Virus record (IMG/VR): IMGVR_UViG_3300012663_001306
Span: 50,409 to 114,408 of that record
Source of the DNA: a virus
Length of the DNA stretch: 64,000 bases
Strand: one strand, 5' to 3'
In this document: positions 1-15,100 of the stretch, piece after piece
Numbering within the stretch: the stretch's first letter is position 1
Layout of the letters: every line of letters begins with the position of its first letter
Program-made: the position numbers and the translations under genes
Notes under the pieces: generated by a model
The model's database searches: none
What the model was told of the DNA's origin: nothing
What the model saw: only the letters and a program-made list of their open reading frames with translations

Positions 1-3000
1 CCCAGGTTGATATGTAACCTCCTAAATTAACACTGTTAATATCTAAGATGTTGAAATAAACTCCAGTAACAGATGCTATTGTAGTAACATTATTAAATCT
101 TACATTACCGTTACCAGTTGTTTGAGGAGTTGTTGCGGTATTATCAAAGTAATATTTAATACCGCCCTTGTCTCCTTGACTACCGTTGTAGCCAAAGCTA
201 CCAGTGAATCCAAAGCTACCAGTGAATCCTGAACTTCCTGTATATCCTCTTTCGCCGGATCTGACTAAGAACACTCCTAATAATTCAGTATTAGCAATAC
301 CAAAATAGAACTGAGGAGTAATTGTTAATGCAAAGGAGTTTGTACCCGATGCCGCAACCGCTGTAACATCAGCTAGATACAAATTAGGTGAATTTGTAGC
401 AACATTAGACCTAACGACCAACTGTGCCTTAATAGGATTAACAATTGTAGTAAACGAATTAAACCATGCTTGTAAATCTGCACCATTGGTATCATATCTA
501 TTGATAAACACAGTGGTAGCACTCATAGGAGTGGCATTGTTTAATCTTAAAGTTCCGTTAGGGTTACCGCTGACCTGTGCAATTAATGCACTAGTATCCC
601 ATGTGTATATTAATCCACTTTGTGAGTTACTACCAGTATAACCAAAGCTACCAGTATAACCAAACGATCCAACAAAACCTCTACTGCCGCCGTAACCTAA
701 GTCACCTGCTCTAACATAATTTAATGCTAGCTGGTCATTGTTTCCCGGAATTGTGCCACTACCATTGGCAATATTAATTGTGTAATAAGATGTGTTATTA
801 ACAACACTAGATACGTTGTAGATTAAGAACGGACTGGATCCTGCTAGATTCTGGTTGAATATTAACTGTCCCTTAACAGTAGGATTACTACTATCTGCCC
901 ATTGGCTAATATATGTTGCTAGGTTAACTGAATTTACATCAGTGACATTAATAAAAGCCTGCGTAGCAGAAGCGGCAACTGCATTGTTTAATCGAATACT
1001 ACCGGCATTGCCCACACCCGCTGTTAACGTATTATCAAAATAGTATCGTAATCCTGCAGATTCTCCCTGACTACCAGTAAAACTCTGAGAGCCTGTAAAA
1101 CCAAATGATCCAACAAATCCTCTACTGCCCACATATCCAAAGTCACCAACTGGTACATACTCTAGTGCAAATACATCTCCGCCAAGTACACCCGCAAGTG
1201 TTCCAGAGAAACTGCTTACATTTAATGTATAGTAAGTGCCGTTGTTTACAATGGTGCTAATACCCCAAATACTAAGATAAGTTATAGTTGGAATAATATT
1301 TTTAATGTACAGCTGGCCTTTGGTACCTGGGTTTTTACTATCAGCCCAACGTGCTATATAACCAGATAGATCGTTTCCGCCTATGTCTTTAACATTAATA
1401 TATATCTGTGTAAATGCAGGATTAAATCTTAAACTACCGTCAGTAGTTACGCCCGGAGACTGAGAACTATCATCGTAGTAGAATGCAAGGCCAAGTCTCT
1501 CACCCTGACTGCCGGTGTAACCAAATGATCCTGCATATCCCTCGCTACCAATATATCCGCGGCTACCGTTGTAACCGAATGACCCAGTGTAACCAAAACT
1601 ACCTGTGTAACCAAATGATCCTGCATATCCTTCACTACCAGTAAACCCTCGACTACCAGTGTACCCAAATGATCCAGTGTAACCAAAACTACCAGTGTAA
1701 CCAAATGATCCAGTATAACCAAATGAGCCACTATAACCAAAGCTACCAGTGTAACCAAAGCTACCAGTGTAACCAAATGATCCTGCATATCCTTCACTAC
1801 CAGTAAATCCTCGACTACCAGTGTACCCAAATGAGCCAGTGTAACCAAATGAGCCAGTGTAACCAAATGATCCTACAAATCCTTTTTCACCAGTGTAGAC
1901 AAATTCTACAGCCAACGGTTCATTGGCTGTTGAGAATGATCCGCTTACATATGTTGCCGACAAGGTATAATATGTAGAATTATTTGTAACTCCAGTAATG
2001 TTCCATAAAGAAGAAGCAGATACTGAAGGCGATGTTGCTTTAACGATCAACTGTCCTTTTATAGTAGCAGTAGGATTATTAGTTCCCCATTGTCCTATGT
2101 ATGTACTAAATGAAACACCGTTAGTATCGTTTATATTAATGAATACTTGGGTAACAGATCCAATAACAACATTATTAAATCTTAAGCTACCGTTTGTTCC
2201 TACGCCGGCAACTTGAGAACTTAGATCGTTATAATAACGTAGGCCGCCACGATCACCTATACTACCAGTGTAGCCAAATGATCCGCTGTAACCAAATGAT
2301 CCAGTGTAGCCAAATGATCCGCTGTAACCAAATGATCCGCTGTAGCCAGCACTACCAGCATATCCCTGGTCTCCAGTTCTAACAAATTCTACAGCAAGTT
2401 TATCATCTGCAAGGGGAATATATCCAGATACAAAAGATACAGAAATTTGTGTATAACCTGATGCAACTACCACGCCGGTAACATTAAAAATTGTCATCAC
2501 AGGTTGAGCCATTAAATAATGTTTAATAATTACTTGACCCTTAGTGCCCGGGGATGTGCTTGCGGCCCACTGTGCTAGATAGGACCCAACATCCACTCCA
2601 TTTATATCAAAGTTAGAAAAATACAATGCTCCTACTGATACAACATCAGTATCACTGTATCTTAGGCCACCATTTGCAGTAACTCCTGGAGTTGTAGTAG
2701 CATCCAGGTAGTAACGAAGACCACTAGGATAACCATGACTACCGGTGTAACCAAAGCTACCGGCGTAACCAAAGCTACCGTTAAATCCAGCACCTCTACT
2801 TCCTACAAAACCAAGTCCGCCTAGATCTCCAGTTCGTTTAGCTTCGATAACTAATTGTGCATTATTAGCTGGCGCGGCACCGGATAGATATGTTACGGTT
2901 AGAGTATAATATGTACCTAAGTTGGCTGCGCCAACAATTGTAAATGCCGATGTTGCGCTAACGTTATTAACGTTTGATTTTATTAATAACGTACCTTTAT

Positions 3001-3180
3001 TTGGACTGTTACTTCCGCTCCAGGTTGCAATATAATTTGAGAAATTAATTGAATTCGTATCAACAACGTTAACATAAATTTGTGTTACACTACTAGTAAC
3101 AGCGTTATTGAATCTAATACTTCCTGGACTGCCGACTCCAGCTGTAAGTGTGTTATCAAAGTAGTAGCGTAACCCGCCAC
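1..3180 (-). repeat. Seven copies (last one truncated by the window edge) of a ~120-aa domain separated by short collagen linkers
   Basis: Each copy begins G[LI]xYxxD, then G.[IL]RFNN, [YF]INxxD, a conserved W, KGQLxI, YYTLxV and LAxExxxxGDxG. Approximate copies: 3180-2820, 2730-2365, 2250-1885, 1495-1140, 1060-700, 625-250, 170-<1. Confidence 0.75.
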
Positions 3181-6100
3181 GATCACCTTGACTACCCACA
3201 AAGCTCGTACTACCAGTAAATCCTGCCCCGCGGCTACCAGTGTACGCTTGACTACCTGTAAATCCTAAAGCGCCTCTACTACCGGTATAACTTTGAGATC
3301 CAGTAAATCCTGAGCCCTGGCTACCGGTGTACGCTTGACTACCAGTATAACCTTCTGATCCTGTATAACTTTGAGATCCAGTGTAACCAACGCCCTGGCT
3401 TCCTGTGTAACCTTCACTACCAACGTAACCTTCACTACCAACGTAACCTTCACTGCCACTATAACCTAAATCGCCTGGCGGGCCTTGCGGTCCAAGTTCT
3501 CCAGCATCGCCCTGGGGTCCTTGAAGTCCTTCTGGCCCTATTTCACCTTGACTACCAGTGTAACCAAATGATCCGGCATAGCCTTCACTACCAGCATATC
3601 CTCTACTACCGGTCCACCCTGTGATACCGCGTGGACCTTGTCCACCTTTTATAGAATCAACAATAGCAATATAATCTATGTTTGTTTGATACCCTGCAAA
3701 ACCGACATTTTCATGATACAATCTTAATTGTACAGTTCCTGCATCAATATAAGGAGTTGACGAAATAACTGATAATTGAAATTGATAGTATCCTGTAAGA
3801 CCGTTATAAGATCCAATTGAATCCCACGAAGATGTTGTGTAGTTGTATAGTTGCACATAAATTACATGACCCGATGCCGTTGTGTATTGTACATTCAAAT
3901 CTACTAGATTAAATCTAATTACGCCTGTGTAAGTTACATTGAATATCCACGCTGGCCCAGACGGGGCAGTACCAGGATTAATAGTGGTATTACCGTCTGT
4001 AAATACAAACTGGTTACCGTCATTAAATCCTTGAATATCTTCTACGGATCCAGATACAAAAACTCCGTCAACTAAGTTTGCAGTTGCGGCATTATAGATA
4101 ACTGCTTGCGGTGTTTCACCTTTACTACCAGTGTAACCAAAGCTGCCTGTGTAACTTTGTGATCCAGTGTAACCAAAGCTGCCAGTGTACCCAACGCTAC
4201 CAGCATAACTTTGTGATCCAGTGTAACCAATGCTACCAGTGTACCCTTCACTACCTACAAATCCTTCACTACCGACATATCCTTCACTACCCGAATATCC
4301 CTGACTACCTGTATATCCAAGAGATCCAACATAGCCTTCACTGCCGGTATAACTTTGTGATCCGGTAAAGCCTCGACTACCTGCATAACCTTGACTACCG
4401 GTAAAGCCTCGACTACCTGCATAACCTTGACTACCTATAAAGCCGTCGCTACCTGAATATCCTTGACTACCTGTATAACCAAATGATCCTGTATAACCAT
4501 CGCTACCAGTAAATCCAATCGAGCCGGTGTAGCCTTCACTACCTGTATAACTTTGCGATCCTGTGTAGCCAAAGCTACCAAAATATCCTATATTTCCTTG
4601 CGGGCCTTGAATGTTACCTGCATCAACCCATAGACTTCCGGTCCATACCCATAGACGTCCATCGTCTGTTATGTAACTATCCCCTCTGGCTCCTGTGTAA
4701 GTGTCAGGGTACCCTGGCAATAGCAAGTAAGTAGCAACGTTGCCTAAAATAGTAACAGATGTTCCGTCTGCACCCCTTGGGCCTTGACTACCTGCAAATC
4801 CATGAGATCCCGTGTAGCCTTCTGATCCAGTGTAACTTTGTGAGCCAGTGTAACCAAATGAACCAGTATAACCAAAGCTACCGGCATAACCAAATGAACC
4901 TGTGTATCCAGAGCTACCGGCATAACCAAATGAACCTGTATAGCCTTCGCTACCACTATAGCCTTCGCTACCACTATAGCCAAATGATCCAGTGTAGCCA
5001 AATGATCCAGTATAACCAAATGATCCAGTATAACCAATGCTACCAGTATATCCAAAGCTACCGACGTACCCTCGACTGCCGCTGTAACCAAATGAGCCAC
5101 TATAACCAAATGAACCACTATAACCAAATGAACCTGTGTATCCAGAGCTACCTACATATCCGTCACTACCAGTATAACCAAAGCTACCAGCATATCCCTC
5201 ACTGCCGATGTATCCTCTGCTACCTTGATAGCCTCTGCTACCATTATAACCAAAGCTACCAGTGTAACCATCACTACCAGTGTAGCCAAAACTACCAGCA
5301 TATCCTTCACTGCCACTATAGCCTCGGCTACCTGTGTAACCGAAACTACCTACGTATCCTTCACTACCAATGTACCCTCGGCTACCATTGTATCCAAACG
5401 ATCCACTAAAACCAAACGAACCTGTAAATCCTCTAGATCCAGCATATGCTCGACTGCCAACAAATCCGGCACTACCTGTATATGCTTGACTTCCGGAGTA
5501 GCCAATATCTCCTTGACTGCCGGTGTATCCCATGCTACCACTGAATCCAAAGCCACCATCAACACCTTGGCTACCTACATATCCAATCTCACCAATAATT
5601 CCGTCAACACCTCTACTGCCAGTGTAGCCTAGGTCACCTTGACTACCAATGTATCCGTCGTTACCTGCAATACCTTGTATACCTTGAGGACCTTGTTCTC
5701 CTAGAGAACCTGTGTATCCCCAACTTCCAGTCCATCCCATTGCGGCAAACGCACCATCACGGCCTTGACTTCCTGAAAATCCTAAAGGACCTTGACTACC
5801 CGCAAATCCTAACTCTCCTCTAGAGCCTGCATATCCTTCGCTTCCGCGGAAACCTATACTACCTATAAATCCTCGACTACCCGTCCAACCAATGCTGCCT
5901 GTAAAGCCTCTGCTTCCAGTGTAGCCAAAGCTGCCTACAAATCCTGCTCCTGAGCTACCCGAGAATCCTATAAAACCTTGGCTACCTGTATAACCTAGTG
6001 ACCCCGAGTAACCAAAAGATCCAGTATAGCTTTGAGATCCAGTAAAGCCAGCACCTTGACTGCCGGTGTATCCAGTACTACCAGTAAATGCCTGACTACC

Positions 6101-9100
6101 GGTGTATCCAGTACTACCAATAAAGCCATCGCTACCTGAATAGCCTTGGCTTCCTGAATATCCTTGACTACTAGTAAATCCTACGCTGCCGACAAATCCA
6201 CGACTTCCAACAAATCCAGCACTACCTGTAAATCCTGAATTACCAGCAGGTCCAATACTACCTGTATAACCAAATGAACCTGTATAACTTTGAGAACCTG
6301 TAAATCCGCTTCCCTGACTACCGGCGTAACCTAAAGACCCTGCAAAGCCAACACTACCAGTAAAACTTTGCGATCCAGTAAATCCAACACTACCTTGATA
6401 TCCTAAAGAACCAGTATATCCAAGTGATCCAGAATAACCAATACTACCAGTGAAACTCTGCGATCCGGAGAATCCTGTAGTACCCTGACTACCAATCCAG
6501 CCTAAACTACCTACAAATCCACGACTACCAGCAAAGCCAGAACTTCCAGTAAATCCTATTGAACCAGTAAATCCTATTGAACCAGTAAATCCAAGTTCAC
6601 CTTGACTACCTGTAAAACTTTGACTGCCTGTAAAGCCACTTCCCTGACTACCAGTATAACCAAAACTACCAAAGAAGCCTCGACTACCTAAGAAGCCTCG
6701 ACTACCAATCCAACCAACATCGCCTACACTACCTTGATAACCTATGCTACCAGTCCAACCAAGTTCACCTTGACTACCTGTAAAACTTTGACTACCTGTA
6801 AAACCTATACTTCCAACAAATCCAGAACTACCGAAGAAGCCTCGACTTCCTAAATATCCTCGGCTACCGGTCCATCCAGTATCGCTTTGACTACCTGTAT
6901 ATCCAAACCCTGGGATACCTTGACTACCTGCAAATCCCTGACTTCCGCCAAACCCTATTGCGGCGAATGCTCCTGAACTACCTGTATAACCAAATGATCC
7001 GGTATATCCAAAACTACCCGCATAGCCAGATGATCCAGTAAAGCTCTGTGAACCAGTGTAGCCTCTGCTACCGTTATAACCTAAGCTACCAGTATAACCA
7101 AATGACCCTACATAGCCAGATGAACCAGTGAAGCTTTGCGAGCCAGTATACCCTAGGCTTCCTGTGTAACCAAAGCTACCTGTGTAACCAAGGCTACCTA
7201 CATATCCTTCACTGCCTGTGTAACCTCTACTACCATTATATCCAAAACTACCCGTGTAGCCGAAGCTACCGGTGTATCCTTGGCTTCCGCCAAATCCTAT
7301 TGCGGCAAAGGCTCCTGAACTACCAGTAAATCCAAATGATCCAGCATATCCTTCGCTGCCTGTAAAGCCTATACTGCCTGTAAAGCCTCTGCTACCTAAA
7401 TATCCAATACTACCTGTGTATCCAAAGCTGCCAGTAAATCCAAACGATCCTGTAAAACTCTGCGATCCTGTAAATCCTTGACTTCCACTAAACCCTCTGC
7501 TACCTGCAAAACCAAATGATCCAGCATAGCCAACACTACCATCAAATCCTTTGCCGGCAAAAGCACCGGAACTACCAGTAAATCCAAATGATCCAGTGTA
7601 TCCAAATGATCCAGCATAACCTAGCGATCCAACGTAACCTAGCGATCCGGTATAACTTTGCGATCCGGTATATCCTCTACTACCAATGAACCCTAAACTT
7701 CCAGTAAATCCTAGAGAACCTGTGTAACTTTGTGATCCTGTGTATCCAATGCTGCCAGTAAAACCTCTGCTACCCGCAAAGCCAAATGATCCTGTAAAGC
7801 CAAATGATCCTGTAAAGCTCTGTGATCCAGTGAATCCCAAACTACCAGTAAAGCCCCTGCTACCTGCAAAACCAAATGATCCGGCATATCCAAAACTACC
7901 AGTAAAACTCTGCGAACCGGTAAATCCAACGCTACCATTAAATCCAACACTTCCGGCAAAGCCAGCACTACCAGCAAATCCCAATGCGGCATACTGACCG
8001 TCAACACCTCGACTTCCTGTAAATCCTGTAAATCCAGGACTACCTATAAATCCTTGGCTACCAACAAAACTTTGAGAGCCTGTAAATCCTTGACTGCCAC
8101 TAAATCCCCGACTACCAGCAAATCCAAATGATCCACTAAATCCAAATGATCCAGTGTAACTCTGTGAACCGGTGTATCCCTGACTGCCACTAAATCCTAG
8201 GCTTCCATTATAGCCTGTACTACCTTGGAAACCTTTACTACCAATATATCCTAAGCTACCAGTCCACCCTAAGCTACCAGTATATCCTACGCTACCAGAA
8301 TAACCAAAGCTACCAGTGTAACTTTGTGAACCTGTATAGCCTATGCTACCAGTCCAACCTAAGCTACCGGTGTAACCAAATGATCCTGTGTATCCTTGAT
8401 CACCTCTGCTACCCCAATAACCTGTACTACCTGAAAATCCTATTAAACCTTGACTGCCAGCATAACCTAGACTACCGGCGTAACCTACAAACTGTCCAAC
8501 ATCTTCAAATCCGTAATGATGTGTTGAATCTTCTAAAACGTTGTTAGTAAATACCCAAAGGTGTCCGTCACTACTATTGATATAGCCGTCGCCGAGCGCA
8601 CCGCTATAACCAGGCGGCAAATATGTATAATTTGCAACACTACCTACAATCGTAACACTAGTACCTACATCGCCCTTTTCACCCTTACTACCAGTGAATC
8701 CAAATGATCCGGTATAGCTTTGAGATCCAGTAAAGCCAGCGCCTTGACTACCGGTGTATGCCATACTTCCCGTAAACCCTCGATCACCACCAAGGCCTTT
8801 GCTTCCTGTAAATCCTTGACTGCCAGTCCATCCAATAGGACCTCGACTGCCAGTAAATCCTATCGACCCAGCAAACCCTTTTCCTTGTGTTGAAGGAGCA
8901 ACTTGCACATTTAGATTAAATGTGTTTGTAGCAGTTTGCGGAACACCATCAGTAATTGTAACTGTAAACGATAACGCACTAGACGTTAATAATAATGCAG
9001 TACCAGACAATTCACCAGTTGCCGGATTAAAACTTAATCCCAATGGCAATGCAGTAGTTGATGTATTGATAGCGTATGTATACGGACTTGACGGAGTTGT

Positions 9101-12100
9101 GTAACCACCGCTGGCTGCAACAGGTACAACAATCTGATATTGATTTTGTGTAAAATTAACTGGATTTGTAGGAACACTTGCTACCAATGGTGGTGGGCTA
9201 GTATTACCCACACTTAATGTAAAGGTTCCAGTGTTAACCTGAGCGGGAGTAGAAGTATCTGTTACTGTTACTGTGTAAAGTGTAGCAGATAGTGGGTCAG
9301 TCGGCGTACCACTCAACGCTCCTGAATACTGATCAAACGTTACACTTCTTGGTAGTGTAGGAGGGTTAAGAGTATATGTTAATACTCCGTATCCGCCCGA
9401 GGCTAACACAGGAATAATTGGTGTTGCTATGTTAGCATATCTGGTCAATACTAATGTAGGATTTTGTACATTAATTACAATTGGCTTAGGTAATACTGAT
9501 AAACTAAATGATGTAGCAGATGTTTGAGGAACAACAGCACTATCACGAACCGTTACAGTGAATGTAGTGGGTGCAAGAGTTACAGTTGGTACACCGCTGA
9601 TAACACCAGTAATTGTATCAAATCCTAAATTTGCAGGTAATGTGTTAGGTGCAATACTATAGGAAAGATCACCAGTTCCCCCGGAACCTAATACCGGAGT
9701 TACTGATGTGCTACTATCAACTACTAATACTATACTAGCACCTGCAGACAACACAGATCTAACGGCATCAGGAGTATTAATCTTTATACTAAATGATGTA
9801 CTTGTAGTTTGTGCTATACTGCCTGTATCTGTTATTGTAATTGTATAAACAGATGTATCAAAATTAACTATAGGGGTTCCGCTAATAGAACCAGTTGCAT
9901 TGTTTAACGATAATCCAGTACCAGTCAACGCAGGTAAGATTGAATACGAATATGGACTTGCACCGCCAACAACAGTTACCGGAGTAAATGCAGTAGCTGG
10001 CTTATATTGAGTTAATGTATTAACTGCAATTACAGTTGTAGCAGTTAACGGTGGATCAGATACAGATAGTGTAAATGTCTGTGTGCTAAGTTGTCCTACG
10101 CTGTCCGATGCTGTAATTTTATATTGTTTTGGCAAACTAACAACAGTAGCAACTCCACTGATATTGCCGTTGGTTCTAGTAAATGTTAGCCCGCTTGGTA
10201 ATGCAATATCTATACCAAATGTAATTGCGCCAAAGCCGCCACTTGCACTTACTGGGAATACATTAACAGTATCAACTAATCTAAGTATAGAAACAGTAGG
10301 AACATCTAATGTAGTAGTTAACGGCGGCAATGGTGCTACGTATAAACTAAACTGACTAGATGTTGTATTATTTTGAGTATCTTTTACAGACACTGTAAAA
10401 GTAGAAGTATTCAAAGAAACACTTGCAGTTCCGCTAATAGATCCAGTGCCTGTATTATATGTTAGTCCAGTTGGCAGATTAGGAACAACAGCATAAGACA
10501 GTGGAATATATCCATTAGCGCCTACTACAGGAGTAAAGACATTTGTACTTACTCTTTGTGTTAGTGCTTTTAACGGAATAACAGTAGTTGCACTAACAGG
10601 AGTTGCAGTGACTTCTAATGTGAATGTTGACGAAGTGATTTGTTTCGCCTGATCCGTTACAATAATTCTATAAGTTTGTATTAGCCCGTAAGTAGTAGGG
10701 CTACCGTTAATAATACCGTTATTAAATGTAATCCCTGCCGGCAATGTTGTCGGAGATATTGCATAACTTAATGTACCATAGCCGCCTGTTCCTTGTAGTA
10801 CTGTGATAGGCGTAAACGGTGTATTTTGTCTTAGACTAATTGTACTCGTTGATTGAGTAAACCCAAGTGCAGGCGGTGCTTCAATTTCTAAGTCAAATGT
10901 TAATTGTTCAAATTGGTCTGGCTGGAATCCAAAACTACTTACGTTATCATAAACAGTTACAATAAATGTAGCGTTAGGAAAAGTAACACTAGGAGTTCCA
11001 GAAACTTGTCCAGTTTTAGCATCGTAAGTCAATCCGGCTGGTAACGGACTATCTAATGTAAATCTTAAAGGTGCAACGCCGCCGGCGGCAGTTACTGGTG
11101 TGAAACTAGCCGCCACATTCTGTATCAGTAACTGTGTTCCAACTATCTGTGTTAAAGAAACAGGATCCGGCGGTACAACTCCTAATCTAAAAGTACCAGT
11201 GCCCTGTTGTGGAGGTATAAACTGATCACTAACAGTAACCGTAAATGTAGCAGTTGTTAGAGTGCTAGTCGATACTCCGATTATTTGACCAGTACTTGTT
11301 GTGAATATTAAATCTTTCGGTAGCGTTGGACTGATATTATATGTTAGTGCTCCGATACCACCAGATGCCAAAATTGGTGTAAACGAAGTTGGGCGAACAT
11401 ATTGTCTTAATACCGTACTTGCATACAATGTACTTGTAGTAATAACAATTGGCGGAGGAGGAGGCTCTTGCTCAATAAACAATCTAAAGGTACTAGTTGT
11501 CGCTGGCTGAGATACTGCATCAGTAACAGATACTGTAAATGTTGTAGTTGCCAAAGTTACAGTAGGAGTACCGTTGATCGCACCCGTAGCACTATTATAT
11601 GTCAACCCGTAAGGAGTAATACTTGGAGATACGCTGTAAACTAAAGGAGTAACACCGCCAGAGGCAGTAACTGGAATTACATTAGTCAATGTTCCAATTA
11701 TTCTCACAGTTGACACAATTGGTCTAGATTGTACTAGACTAATAGCAGGGTATACTACCGATAAATTAAATGTTTGACTATTTGTTTGTCCAATACTGTC
11801 AGTGATAATTACGGAATATGTTGCAGTGGCGCTTATTGCTGTTGGAGTACCAGTAATAACACCAGTCCCTGTATTATAAGTTAACCCTAACGAAGATACA
11901 GAAGGTACTATGTCATATGCTAAATTTCCATACCCTCCTGCACCAGTAACTGGTTTTGTATTTGCGGCCACCTGATAAATTAACTGAACTGACGGTAGCG
12001 ACGCAGAGATAGTTACTGCTGGAGGATTATTAATAGTTAGGTCAAATTGAGCACTTTGAGCACTAGTTGGACCTGTTTGATCAATTACACTAACTGTGTA

Positions 12101-15100
12101 ATTTGTTTTAGGAATAGACGCAATAGGAGTTCCGGTAATTGTTCCGGTGTTACTAAAACTTAAACCTGTTGTAGTAGTAAATGCAGTATCTATACTAAAG
12201 ATAAGTGTACCAAATCCACCAGTTGCTGTAACTGGACGGAATGCTGGATAAATTGATGTTGCTGGCACACCTCTTATTAAAGTATAGCTACTAGGTAATG
12301 CCGCTACAGCAACAATTGCACCAGCATTAATAGTTAATGTAAATGCTTTAGAACTAGTTTGTCTTGCATCGTCTGTGACAGTTACCGTATATTGTCGAGA
12401 TCCAATTATTGTTGGAGTTCCGGAAATTAATCCGTTAACAGCTGAAAACGTTAATCCAGTTTCAGCTCTTACATCAGGCGATATACTAAATGTTTTTATT
12501 CCGTATCCTGCTGATTTTATTGTAACAGGGGTAAAACTTGTTATTGCGGTATCTTTAGCAAATGAGTAACCAGTCTGTGATAAGTTAGTATCAAGCGCAG
12601 GTAACTCATTAATTGTTAATATAAAAGTAGACGAATTAGATTGTTGTACAGGATTGCTATCTCTAACTGTAATTGTATAAGTTGTTGCTGAAGAGGCAGC
12701 GTTTGGTGTTCCTGCGGTAACAAATCCAGTTGTTGAATTAAAAGATAATCCAGAGCCTAATGGAGGAAGTATACTATAAGTTAAACTACCAACACCGCCT
12801 GATCCTACAACAGGTTGAAACGTTGTAAACGGAATAAGATTTATTAACGTCTTATTTGCATCTGCTGTTTGTGTTACAATAACCGCAGGAGGGTATACAG
12901 ATAGGTCAAATACTGCCGGACCAGCAGATGACGGTGGGGTGTTACTATCTAATATGGTTAACGAATAAGTTGATGTATTAGAAATAACAGTTGGTGCACC
13001 ACTAATAATACCAGTACTCGATGTAAAGATTAAACCGGCAGGTAAAACTTTATCAATGTAAAATGTCTTAACTCCAACTCCACCAGATGCTGATACTGGA
13101 GCAAATGGTGTTACTGCACCAAATTGAGCAAGATCTCTCTTAGGAGTATCTACCTTAAATGTTAGTGGAACTGCATTAATTGTAAGATTAAATGTTCCAG
13201 TAACAGTCTGTCCTGTTGAATCTGTAATTGTTACTGTAAACTGTGTTGTGGGCAAAGTTCCTGTTGGACCAGCGGTTGATGTTATTTGTCCATTACTTGC
13301 ATTGTAGGCTAGACCTGCAGGAATCGTAGCATTATTTGGTCCTGCAATAGTATACGTTAACGGAGCTTCGCCGCCGCCGCCAGCTGTAACAGTAACTGGG
13401 GTAACTGGCAGTCCGGTAGTTGAATTTTGTCCTAATGTAACTGATGCAGAATTAACAACTGATGTTAATGTTGCAGGTGCGTTAACAGTTAACTGAAATG
13501 TTGCGGTTCCTGTTTGCCCCGATGCATTAGTTACTCTTACAGTATGTGTTACTGAAGATTGGGTAACTGTAGGAGTTCCGCTGATTGATCCAGTTGATGC
13601 ATTAATTGTCAATCCAGCAGGAAGGGCCGCTGTTGTAGCTGTATCAATAGAATATGTATAAGTGGTATCGGCACCGCCTGAAGCTGTTACTGGAATAAAA
13701 GCAGTAGCTACTTTATTCCTTACCAGTGTCGGAATAATTGCTGCCGAACGGGCAACAACAAGCGGAGTTAATATTACTTCTAGATAAAAATCTGCAGATG
13801 CAGTCTGTGTTGCAGAATCGTTAACGGTTACTGTAAATTTTCCGTTAGTGAATACAACCGACGGAGTACCAGTAATTGCACCAGTTGTAGTGCTAAAAGA
13901 TAAACCTGTCGGTAGTGTAGGGTTTGTACTAATACTGTATGTTAATGTTCCAAATCCCGCAGAACCAGTGACTGGACTAACAGGAATAAATGAGGTCACA
14001 GCCGTTCCTCTAATTAAAGATTTTGGAGAAGCGGCGGTTGGATTTGCAGAAGTTAATAATAATGCAGTAGCATTACTAACAACTAGATTAAATGTTTGAC
14101 TACTAGGAGTTGTTCCTGTACCACTATCTGTTACAGTAACAGTAACAGACGCGGTTCCTGCGGCACCTGTTGGAGTACCAGTAATTGCACCAGTTGTAGT
14201 ATTAATAACAAGTCCTGCTGGCAGTCCAGTTGCTGTGAATGTATAGCTAGGAACTCCATTTGCCGCAGTTACTGGAATAAAAGATGTAACTGCAACGTTT
14301 CTAGTAAGTGCAGGAATACTTGTAGATAATGTGGTAGATAACGGAGTTGTTACCGGAGTTGATGCACTTACTACTATGTTAAATGTTATAGTTTTAGTTT
14401 GTACTGGGGTTGAAGTGTCTGTAACTGTAACTGTAACAGAAGATGTCCCTACTGTAGTTGCAGTTCCGCTAATAAATCCTGTTGTAGCATTAATAGTAAG
14501 ACCTGCTGGTAATCCTGTTGCTGAAAATGTATAAGTTCCGCTGCCGCCAGCCGCTGTGCCGGATCTAAACGGAGTAATTAGTAAATTCTGTGTTACTGCA
14601 GGAATAGTACCTTGTGTTAACGTTAGTGCCGTTACTACAGGAGTGCTTGATAATACAATACTATAGCTTTGAGAACCTGTTTTTGGTGGACTAAAAGAAT
14701 CAGATACCTGAATAGTAAAGGTTGTAGTTCCTACACTACCTGCAGGTGTTCCAGAAATTACTCCAGTTGTAGCATTTAATGTTGCCCAACTTGGTAACGA
14801 TCCGCTTGCTACAGAATATGTAAAGGGTGCGGTTCCTGTACCGGCATTTACCCTTAACGTAGCAGAATATGCTGTGCCAACAGATGCTCCAGGTAAAGGA
14901 GCAGAACTTAGGACCGGTGCTGTGGCAATTACCGTGCCTCCTCCTGACACTACTTCTAATTGGAATGTTAAAGTTTGACTAATGCCAGCGGCATCTGTAA
15001 CTGTTAATGTATATGGTGCGGCGGCTACTGTGGAGGTACAAGTTCCAGTAATGGTAACGCTAGCACCGTTGTATAAAAATGGGCCAGCTTGTGTATCTGG

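Noticed and set aside
1500-8500. 18-nt periodic DNA resembling a CRISPR array or satellite
   Set aside because: Units vary mainly at synonymous positions and encode G-x-x-G-S-x. There is no constant repeat with unique spacers and no cas genes.
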